A DNA stretch of 64,000 nt from Kiritimatiellia bacterium. Lineage in GTDB: Bacteria > Verrucomicrobiota > Kiritimatiellia > JAAZAB01. The notes beneath the pieces are model-generated. The model was not told the DNA's origin, did not search any database, and saw nothing but the letters and a program-made list of their open reading frames with translations. Position 1 is the stretch's first letter. Every line of letters starts with the position of its first letter. Below, one piece after another: positions 19,597-27,436 of this stretch. The stretch covers positions 1-64,000 of the forward strand of contig JAXGPF010000005.1 of NCBI GenBank assembly GCA_040767085.1, read 5' to 3'. A program made the position numbers and the translations under genes.

Positions 19597-20598
19597 CTAC
19601 AAAACCATGTCCGCCGGGCGCCCGCAGCCGGCGCAAACCGCGCCCTTGAGTCCGCACCGCCGGACGCGGTACCCGCGGCGTTCGATCTGCACCAATCCGC
19701 ACTGCGGGCAGCGGGTGTCCTGTCCGGCCGGCGAGGCCACATTCCCCAGATATACATAATGCAGGGCGCGGCGGCACACCGCGGCGGCGTGTTCCAGAGT
19801 TTCCGGCGGCGTGGGGGGCAGGTCCACCCGGTAAGCGGGATGGTATGCGCTTAAATGCAAAGGCGTGGCCGCGCCAAGGTTATCCCGGATCCACCCGGCC
19901 ATCTCCTGGAACAACGTCTCGGCGTCATTCAACCCGGGGATGACCAGGTTGGTGATTTCCAGGTGGCAGCCGGCGGCGCGGGCCTGCCGGGCGAAAGCCA
20001 GCACCGGCGCCAGCGGGCCGCCGCAATATTCGCGGTAAAACCGCGGGTCCATGCTCTTGATGTCAATATTCAAGGCATTTATCATTGGCAGTAGGTCCGC
20101 GGCCGGGGCGGGATTGATCAGCCCGTTAGTCACCAGGATGTTTTGTACGCCGGCAGCGCGCGCCGCGCGGGCGCAATCATGCACGAATTCAAAATTGATC
20201 AGCGGCTCATTGTAAGTGTAAGCGATGGCCGGCGCCGGATCCACCCGCCCCCGCAGCGCGGAGGCGACCACATCCGCCGGCATGACGATACGATTTGAGC
20301 GGCCGATTTGCTGGGAGATGCCCCAATTCTGGCAGAACAGGCAGCTTAAATTGCAGCCCCAGCCCCCGATGCTGAAGACTTCCGCGCCGGGATAAAAATG
20401 GTAGAGCGGCTTTTTCTCCACCGGATCGGCTTGCGCGCCGGAAAGCATGCCGTAGCCGCTGGCCAGCAGAATCCCGCCGCGCAGCACCCGCACACCGCAC
20501 CGGCCGGCATGGCCTTCGGTAATGAGACACGCATGCGGACACAATCGGCATTGCGCCCGGCCGTCCGGCGCGCTTTCCCAGTATTTTGCGGGATGCAT
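19597..20598 (-). CDS. AmmeMemoRadiSam system radical SAM enzyme (PFL-activase-like)
   Basis: CRLCPHAC, DPVEKKPLYHFYPG, GCNLSCLFCQNW, AYTYNEP and YVYLGNV. Confidence 0.9.
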   Translation of the reverse strand: MHPAKYWESAPDGRAQCRLCPHACLITEGHAGRCGVRVLRGGILLASGYGMLSGAQADPVEKKPLYHFYPGAEVFSIGGWGCNLSCLFCQNWGISQQIGRSNRIVMPADVVASALRGRVDPAPAIAYTYNEPLINFEFVHDCARAARAAGVQNILVTNGLINPAPAADLLPMINALNIDIKSMDPRFYREYCGGPLAPVLAFARQARAAGCHLEITNLVIPGLNDAETLFQEMAGWIRDNLGAATPLHLSAYHPAYRVDLPPTPPETLEHAAAVCRRALHYVYLGNVASPAGQDTRCPQCGLVQIERRGYRVRRCGLKGAVCAGCGRPADMVL

Positions 20599-20676
20599 TG
20601 TCGGCGCTCCCTTGCGATGACTTTGGCGATCATTCTTGCTTGTGCCGCTTAATCCAGTATATTAACATGTCAATTA

Positions 20677-21855
20677 ATGAAAGTCATCCTGATTGTTCTG
20701 GATTCCGCGGGGATTGGCGCCGCACCGGATGCCGCCGACTACGGCGATGCCGGGGCCAACACCCTGGGCCATATCGCCCGGGCCGCCGGCAGCGGACTGC
20801 GCCTGCCGAACCTGCAGCGGATGGGACTGGGCAACATTCCGGCGTTGCTGCCGGACGGCCTGTCCCTGGCAGGCGTGCCCCCGTCCGGCGCGCCTTCGGC
20901 CGATTACGGCGCCATGCGCGAAATATCCGCCGGCAAGGACACCACCACCGGCCACTGGGAAATCGCCGGCTTGCTGCTGGCAGAAGGATTCGCGCTGTTG
21001 CCGTCCGGGCCGCCCTCTTTCCCGGAAACGTTGATAGCGGAATTTGCCCGGCGCACCGGACGCAGCATCCTGGGCAACAAGGCTGCCAGCGGCACGGCTA
21101 TCATCGAGGAACTGGGCGCGCGCCAGATGCAGACGGGCGCCTGGATTGTTTACACCAGCGCCGACTCCGTCATGCAGATCGCCGCGCACGAGGAAATCAT
21201 TCCATTGGCGGAACTTTACAGCGCCTGCGCCATTGCCCGGGAATTGTGCAACCCGCTGCGCATCGGGCGGGTCATCGCCCGCCCGTACACCGGCCGGCCC
21301 GGTCAATTCCAGCGCACCATCCGCCGGCGCGACTATTCCTTCCCGCCGCCCGAACCATTCGTCATGGAACGGCTGGTCCAGGCCGGCCGGCCGGTCGTCA
21401 TGATCGGCAAGCTGGAAGATATTTACGCCGGTCGCGGCTTTACGCAGGCATTCCACACCGGCAACAACCGGGATTCCCAGCAAAAGACCCTGGAACTGGC
21501 CGCAACGCAATCCGACGGCCTGATCATGGCCAATTTCATCGATTTTGACATGCTGTACGGACACCGGCGCGATGCCGGCGGTTATGCCCGCGCGCTGGAA
21601 CAAACCGACGCTTTCCTCGGAGAACTGCTGCCGCGGCTGGGCGCAGATGACCGGCTGATCATCACGGCCGACCATGGCAACGACCCAACCTTTGCCGGCA
21701 CGGACCATACCCGCGAATACGCGCCGCTGCTGGTTTACCAGCGCCGCCGGCCGGGACGGGCCCTGGGCATCCGCCAGGGCTTCTTCGATATCGCACGGAC
21801 CCTGACCGATTGGTTCAACCTGCCGCCTTGGCCGCGCGGCAAATCCTTCGCCTGA
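20677..21855 (+). CDS. deoB: Phosphopentomutase
   Basis: VLDSAGIG, GKDTTTGHWE, YTSADSV, RVIARPY, YGHRRD, TADHGNDP and TDHTRE. Confidence 0.96.
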   Translation: MKVILIVLDSAGIGAAPDAADYGDAGANTLGHIARAAGSGLRLPNLQRMGLGNIPALLPDGLSLAGVPPSGAPSADYGAMREISAGKDTTTGHWEIAGLLLAEGFALLPSGPPSFPETLIAEFARRTGRSILGNKAASGTAIIEELGARQMQTGAWIVYTSADSVMQIAAHEEIIPLAELYSACAIARELCNPLRIGRVIARPYTGRPGQFQRTIRRRDYSFPPPEPFVMERLVQAGRPVVMIGKLEDIYAGRGFTQAFHTGNNRDSQQKTLELAATQSDGLIMANFIDFDMLYGHRRDAGGYARALEQTDAFLGELLPRLGADDRLIITADHGNDPTFAGTDHTREYAPLLVYQRRRPGRALGIRQGFFDIARTLTDWFNLPPWPRGKSFA

Positions 21856-23646
21856 TCATGGTGCGCGCGCCGCGCGCTGCAATAAATGGCGGGCGCGTTC
21901 TTCCGGGAAGAACCGCAGCCGGAATTCCGGCGTCATCACGTTGTAGGGGACAGTCAATTGGCCGGATTCGATTTGCAGCACCAGGCCTTCCCGGCCGATT
22001 TCCTGTAAAGTTCCCTCCCGCTTGGCCGCCTGGTGCTGCAAGTCAATCACGACCTTTTCGCCCACCCGCGGCATACTGCTCCGGCATAAATCCAGCAGCC
22101 GCGCATATTCCTGCGCCTGCTCCGGCTCCGGGGCGGCAGCGGGCGGGGCGGCGGACACCGGGCGCCAGCCGGAATAGGAAGATTCCTGCTCCGGAAGCGA
22201 TTTTTCCGGCAATGCGGGTTCCGGCCTGGCTGGCGTTGTCGGCGGCGGAAGGAGAATTCCCGCCTCTTCACCGGCCGGCTCCACCGGCGCCGGCCGGCGC
22301 TCGAAAAATTCCGCCATGCCCAGCCGCGCTTTGCGCCAAGCCTCCCCCCAAGCGCGCTGAATCTTGACGCGCAGCGGCCAGATCACATCCCGGTCTTTAA
22401 CGATCCGCTGATAACCGCAATACGCCAGGAACACCAGCAAGACGATGGAAAGCACCATCCGCAAGTTTTCCATCATGCCGGAAATCCAGGCGCGGCTGAT
22501 CCGGCGGGAAGGCCATCTGCTGGCTCGCGCCGGGTTCAATGACGCCGACGCCGTCACCCCGGGCTTGGGTTTCGGGGCGACCATCCGCAGACGCAGTCCC
22601 GGTTTGTCCGTCGCGCCCGGGTTGCCCGGCAATTGCTTGCCGCAGTGGCGGCAGAAAGCGGCGTTGGCGCGGATGGAATATCCGCAATGCGGGCAGACGG
22701 TGGGGGTATGCAACGCCGGCGACTGTACGGCGGCCGGCACGGGCGCAGGCACGGGGGCGGGCGCAGGGGCAGCGACCGGTTTTTCAAGCGCGGCCACAGC
22801 CTCCAGCACCGCGTCCCATGTCTGGACGCGGTCATCCGGCAGCTTGGCCGTCATGCGCGCCACCAGTTGCGCGACGCCGGAAGACACAGCCGGATTAACC
22901 TCCTGGAGGGGCGGCAGCGGCTCGGACAACTGCTTTTCCATTACATCCGCCGGCGCAGCCCCGGCAAACGGCAGTTGCCCGGTCAGCATGTGAAAGGAAG
23001 TCATGCCCAGGGCGTAAATATCGCTGCGGCAATCCAGCTTGACATTCCCGCGCACCTGCTCGGGCGACATGTAGTTGGGGGTTCCCGTAACAAACTCATC
23101 CGGGCGTCCGGCGGCCAGACCGATATTGCTGACTACCTGCGCCAGCCCCAGGTCGGTGAGCTTGATCGTGCCGTCGCCATCCACCATGATGTTATCGGGC
23201 TTGAGATCGCAATGCACAATGCGCGCCGAGTCCCAGGCATAGCGCAGCACGGCCGCCACGCTGTGGACCACCACCAGGGCGTCGGGCTCCGGCAGGATTT
23301 GCTTGCGCCGCATCCATTCTCCCACGGAATAACCGGATATGTATTCCATCACGAAGAAATAGCGCCGGTCTTCACGGGACTGGCCGAAATCGTATACCTG
23401 GACGATGCCCGAATGTTTCAGGTTGGCGGCCAAGCGGGCTTCAAGCCGGAACTGCTTGATGTCCGCCACGTCCCGGCCAAATTGCTCGCTCAGGACCTTG
23501 ATCACCACCAAACGCTGGAGGGAAACCTGCCGGGCTTTCCAGACGCTGGCGGTCCCGCCCTGCCCCAAACGTTCGATGATCTCGTAACCGTCAATGCGCG
23601 GTTCGGCTTCCGCAGTGTCAGTTTGCCAGGGTTTTTGTGATTCCAT
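21856..23646 (-). CDS. Membrane Ser/Thr protein kinase with a zinc-ribbon domain
   Basis: LGQGGTASV, VIK, HCDLKPDN, DLG, GTPNYMSPEQ and SDIYALG; CPHC...CRHC; one transmembrane segment. Confidence 0.9.
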   Translation of the reverse strand: MESQKPWQTDTAEAEPRIDGYEIIERLGQGGTASVWKARQVSLQRLVVIKVLSEQFGRDVADIKQFRLEARLAANLKHSGIVQVYDFGQSREDRRYFFVMEYISGYSVGEWMRRKQILPEPDALVVVHSVAAVLRYAWDSARIVHCDLKPDNIMVDGDGTIKLTDLGLAQVVSNIGLAAGRPDEFVTGTPNYMSPEQVRGNVKLDCRSDIYALGMTSFHMLTGQLPFAGAAPADVMEKQLSEPLPPLQEVNPAVSSGVAQLVARMTAKLPDDRVQTWDAVLEAVAALEKPVAAPAPAPVPAPVPAAVQSPALHTPTVCPHCGYSIRANAAFCRHCGKQLPGNPGATDKPGLRLRMVAPKPKPGVTASASLNPARASRWPSRRISRAWISGMMENLRMVLSIVLLVFLAYCGYQRIVKDRDVIWPLRVKIQRAWGEAWRKARLGMAEFFERRPAPVEPAGEEAGILLPPPTTPARPEPALPEKSLPEQESSYSGWRPVSAAPPAAAPEPEQAQEYARLLDLCRSSMPRVGEKVVIDLQHQAAKREGTLQEIGREGLVLQIESGQLTVPYNVMTPEFRLRFFPEERARHLLQRAARAP

Positions 23647-23758
23647 CCCAAGATTCCTTTTCCCCGCATCCCCTCGTGGAAAGAAACAACCCTTGAGGTT
23701 TCTATACTATCGCCGCCGTTAAAGCAAGCCAATCCCTCAAAAGCCAATCCGGCGCCGA

Positions 23759-24865
23759 TCAAGCCAGCAGCGGCGCCAGGTGTGCGCGCAATTCGGCCGC
23801 CAGATCGCGCCGGCGGTACTCCGCCACCCGCGCCTGCTGCCGGCGGATCACCGACCCGCGCAATGCCTGATCGCGCGCCAGCAGCCCGATAACTTCCGCC
23901 ACGTACTCCCAGCGTTTCTGGTGAAACAAGATTCCGGCGCCGGCCATGGTTTCCGGCACTGCGCCCGCGGCATATGCCAGCGTGGGCACGCCGTGCGCCA
24001 TGCTTTCCAGGAGCGGGATGCAAAAACCTTCGTGCTCGCTGACGCACAGAAAAACATCCGCCGCAGCGTACACGGCGCTGATTTCCCGCTGGGGGACGGC
24101 GCCGAGAAACAGCGCCTCCCGCAGGCGCCAGGCCTTGACCTGCGCCGTCAGCAAGGCCTGGTAACGGGGCAGCCCCGCAAACGAGCCCGCATGCACCAGG
24201 CGCGAGGACGGCGCGACGGCTTGCTGCAAAACGTAAAAAGCCGCCAGCAAGTCCTCCAGTTTCTTGTTCGGCACGGCCCGCCCGACGAACACCACGTTCA
24301 ACCGGCCGTCCCGCAGGCGCCGGAGCAGGCCGCGGTCCGGGGGAGTCATGATGCGGTCGAAATCCAGCAGCAGCGGCAATAATCCCACCCGGGCATAGCC
24401 CTGGCGCTCCAGTTCCGCGGCGTTAAACCGGCTGACGGCCAGCGCCACTTCCGTCTGGCCGGCCAGCGCCGCCGTCTGCTGGCGGCCCCAATCCAGGTCG
24501 CGCGCCAACTGTTCATGGAAACCGCGAAAATATTCCGGCGGGGTCATGTTATGATAGATCAACGCCTTGCGGCAGCGCAATTGTCCGAAAATGTCGTTCA
24601 CGGCCGAGCCGATCGAAAGGTGCAGGATGGCCACGTCGTCCGGGCGCAGGATTTTGTCCGCCTGGCGCGCGTCGGGCGTCGCGCGCCGCCAGGCGGGCAT
24701 GGTGCGTGCCGGCTCGCTGAAAATCTCGCTGGCATGGCCCCACCGGCGCAAAACCGCGCGCATGGTCAACGCCGTGTTGCTGATGGCGTCGCCGGCGGTG
24801 AATCCGGCCACAAACTGGTGGATGGCCGGGCAATGTTGCGGATTGGGCGAAACCATGGCAGTCAC
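23759..24865 (-). CDS. Glycosyltransferase family 4
   Basis: GDAISN, YHNMTP, FVGRAVPNK and SEHEGFCIPLLESM. Confidence 0.9.
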   Translation of the reverse strand: MTAMVSPNPQHCPAIHQFVAGFTAGDAISNTALTMRAVLRRWGHASEIFSEPARTMPAWRRATPDARQADKILRPDDVAILHLSIGSAVNDIFGQLRCRKALIYHNMTPPEYFRGFHEQLARDLDWGRQQTAALAGQTEVALAVSRFNAAELERQGYARVGLLPLLLDFDRIMTPPDRGLLRRLRDGRLNVVFVGRAVPNKKLEDLLAAFYVLQQAVAPSSRLVHAGSFAGLPRYQALLTAQVKAWRLREALFLGAVPQREISAVYAAADVFLCVSEHEGFCIPLLESMAHGVPTLAYAAGAVPETMAGAGILFHQKRWEYVAEVIGLLARDQALRGSVIRRQQARVAEYRRRDLAAELRAHLAPLLA

Positions 24866-26049
24866 TCCTGGTCCAGCGCCGCAAGGAACCTGTTCAGGAT
24901 GCGCGGCCAGGCATACTCGCGCGCGACATACGCGCGGCCCGCCTCGCCCATCCGCCGCCGGAGGTCCGGCCGGCGCAGCAGCAGCAGCAGTTCCGTTTCA
25001 AATTCGGCATAGGTCATGAACCAGAGTCCGCCGCCGCTGCTCCGGCAATGATCGCTGGTGACGTCGCACCGGGCATGCACCAGCGCCGGCGCGCCCGCCA
25101 GCCAGGCTTCCAGCAGGACGATGCTGAAGCTTTCATTGGTGGACGGCTGGCAAAACACCGCCGCACCCGCCATGGCTTCGCGCTTTTCCGATTCGCTGAC
25201 AAAGCCCACATCCAACACATGCCGCGCCAATGCGGCGGGCGGGTGTACCGGGCCCGAACCGGTTAAAACCAGCTTGACATCCATGCCCGTGCGCTGCCGG
25301 AAAAGGTTTAAATAATCCAGCAGCAGCGGCACCCCTTTGCCGGCTTCCCGCCGGCCGGAATAAATGACATACGGCGCCGTCAGGCCATGCCGCCGGACAA
25401 ATGCCGCCGGATCGGCGGTGAAATTGTCCAATCCCATGCCGACCACCCACGCGCGCTCCAGCGGCAGGTCATACAGCCGGCGCGCCAGCGCGCGCTCGGG
25501 CGCGGAATTAAAAAGCAGGCCATTGACCGCGCGGAACATTCCGCGGAAGGCCCGGACACGGGCGAAAGGCTCATCGTGCAGGCAGGGGACGAGATATGTC
25601 CGGCGCGGGTGCACCCGGCTGGCGAAATAACTCAGCCCGAACAGATACGGCCCGACCACGATCCGGTCGTATGCGGCGCCCTCCGCCGCCAGATGCGCGC
25701 ATAATTCCGGGCTGTTGACGCTGTTGGCCAGCCAGGCCTGCTCATCCGCCGGCGTATAATCCGCGCCGCGGCAGATTAAATCCTGCGCCCGCAGGAAGGC
25801 CGCCAGGTCGCGGTTTTCGGCGACGGGGAAAAAGCGCACGGTCATGTTGGGCGCGTGCTGGCGGGCGCCCGGCGGCAAGGCATTGGCCCAGGAGAAATGA
25901 TCGGCGGCGCAGGTAGTGAGAAAATCCACCTGGCGTCCGGCGGCGGCGGCGCGTTCCGCCAGGTTTTTCAGCAAGGTCTCAGCGCCGCCCACCGTGCCGC
26001 CGGCCGCGAAGCGCGGGCACACGAAAGCTATGCGCCGGGCGGTGGACAT
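24862..26049 (-). CDS. Glycosyltransferase family 4
   Basis: GGAE, PCLHDEP, YSGRREAGKG and ESFSIVLLEAW. Confidence 0.9.
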   Translation of the reverse strand: MSTARRIAFVCPRFAAGGTVGGAETLLKNLAERAAAAGRQVDFLTTCAADHFSWANALPPGARQHAPNMTVRFFPVAENRDLAAFLRAQDLICRGADYTPADEQAWLANSVNSPELCAHLAAEGAAYDRIVVGPYLFGLSYFASRVHPRRTYLVPCLHDEPFARVRAFRGMFRAVNGLLFNSAPERALARRLYDLPLERAWVVGMGLDNFTADPAAFVRRHGLTAPYVIYSGRREAGKGVPLLLDYLNLFRQRTGMDVKLVLTGSGPVHPPAALARHVLDVGFVSESEKREAMAGAAVFCQPSTNESFSIVLLEAWLAGAPALVHARCDVTSDHCRSSGGGLWFMTYAEFETELLLLLRRPDLRRRMGEAGRAYVAREYAWPRILNRFLAALDQE

Positions 26050-26558
26050 ACCTGCTTCCCTTCTTTCGGCGCTGGCTGCAGCACGGCCAATTGCCGCTCC
26101 AAGGCCGCCAGGCGCGCCCGGTATTTTTCATCCAGGCTTTCCAGCGCCGTCACCAGCAGGCCGTTCACCTGGTTCTGCTGCGACCAGAGCCGGTAAGTGT
26201 AAAATTTCAACAACTGCCAGATCGCCTTCTTGAATGCCACCAGCAGGCCGGCGCCGCAACGGCGCCGCTCGCGGATGTCGAAATCGTTAATATCCACGCA
26301 GGCGGCCTCGTGCAGGCATTCCAGGTAAAAACGCAGGAATTTTTCGTCATCCCGCAGGTTCTGCAGATTATGGCGTTCCGCCTGGGCGATGCGCAAGTCG
26401 CGGTAAACGCCCGCTTCCGTCTTGCGGGCCACCGCCGCGCGCACTTCCTCGACAATCCGCGCCGCATCCACGCCATCCGCCCCGATCTCCAGGTCAAACT
26501 CGATCCCGTCCGCGGCCGCGGGCGCGGCGGCAGCTTCAGATTTTGCGGCGTTAGTCAT
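26028..26558 (-). CDS. Hypothetical protein (helical/coiled-coil), first gene of the GT4 pair operon
   Basis: 176-aa ORF with host-like codon usage that overlaps the next gene start. Confidence 0.65.
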   Translation of the reverse strand: MTNAAKSEAAAAPAAADGIEFDLEIGADGVDAARIVEEVRAAVARKTEAGVYRDLRIAQAERHNLQNLRDDEKFLRFYLECLHEAACVDINDFDIRERRRCGAGLLVAFKKAIWQLLKFYTYRLWSQQNQVNGLLVTALESLDEKYRARLAALERQLAVLQPAPKEGKQVCPPPGA

Positions 26559-26614
26559 GGCAAGTCCAGCCGGCGGCAGCGCGTGTTCAATCCCGGCTGC
26601 GCCTCCCGCTGAAT

Positions 26615-27187
26615 TCAGAAGCGCGCATTCAAAGACAGTTGATATTCCAAATCCCGGAAATCAAAACCATCGAGGTACTCCCAGCGTTGAAAAACGTAAT
26701 TCACGGAGGCGTCCAGCGCAAAACGTCCCGCCAGGGGCAGATTCAAGCCCAGCAGGAACTGCCAGTAGGGATCAATCCATTCGCTGCCGTCGCCGGTTTC
26801 CACGTATGTGGCGCGCACGCCCATGCCGCCGCGGAAATAGTTGTCCTTGACGATTAAATTCAAAAGCGGCGTCACGGCATAATCCAGGTCTTCCACCACC
26901 CGGCCGCCGGCGCATACCATTTTCCCCGACAAATCCGGCGCCAAATCCACGCCCAGTTGCCAAAGCGCCCTCGATTCGGCATAGGAATACGCCAGCATGT
27001 ATGAAATGTCGGCGTTGCCGAACGGCAACTTGTCGAACCGGTGATGCTCCGCATGATAGCGCGCGCCTAAATCAAGCAAATGCGCGGCCGGAACACAGGG
27101 CGCACCGCAGGCCCAGGCTGCCGCCAAAGCCAGCGGCAGGCGGCGCCGGATCAACCAGCGCCATGGGGTCAGGATTAACTTTTTCAT
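26615..27187 (-). CDS. Putative small outer-membrane beta-barrel protein
   Basis: Signal-like N-terminus, alternating hydrophobic strands and terminal Phe (YQLSLNARF). Confidence 0.55.
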   Translation of the reverse strand: MKKLILTPWRWLIRRRLPLALAAAWACGAPCVPAAHLLDLGARYHAEHHRFDKLPFGNADISYMLAYSYAESRALWQLGVDLAPDLSGKMVCAGGRVVEDLDYAVTPLLNLIVKDNYFRGGMGVRATYVETGDGSEWIDPYWQFLLGLNLPLAGRFALDASVNYVFQRWEYLDGFDFRDLEYQLSLNARF

Positions 27188-27321
27188 AATGCCGGACATG
27201 TTATCAACCGGGGCCGCATAATGCAATCAGGTATTTTTTCAGGTATTTTTTTCGGGATTAACAGCGGTTTTACAGGCAAAAAAACCCATGCGAATTTTTT
27301 ATAAAATTTTTTGCTTGGCAT

Positions 27322-27378
27322 CCACTACAGGTAGTGTTAAAAGGGGATTGTTTTCGAAAAATGTAGCAAATATTGTGG
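27322..27378 (+). promoter_or_regulatory. Tandem NrdR-like boxes upstream of nrdJ
   Basis: CCACTACAGGTAGTGT (27322-27337) and GTAGCAAATATTGTGG (27363-27378) resemble the NrdR consensus acaCwAtATaTwGtgt, 41 bp apart. Confidence 0.65.
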
Positions 27379-27436
27379 CAAGCACTTACCCCTTTTTGAC
27401 GTAATTTGCTTACTGAATTGTAGTTAGGAGACCCCC

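Noticed and set aside
19594-21858. Two convergent gene pairs with abutting stop codons (19596/19597 and 21855/21856)
   Set aside because: Ordinary compact gene packing; no further signal
27190-27436. Possible cobalamin riboswitch upstream of nrdJ
   Set aside because: No B12-box or conserved core seen; the region is AT-rich and promoter-like
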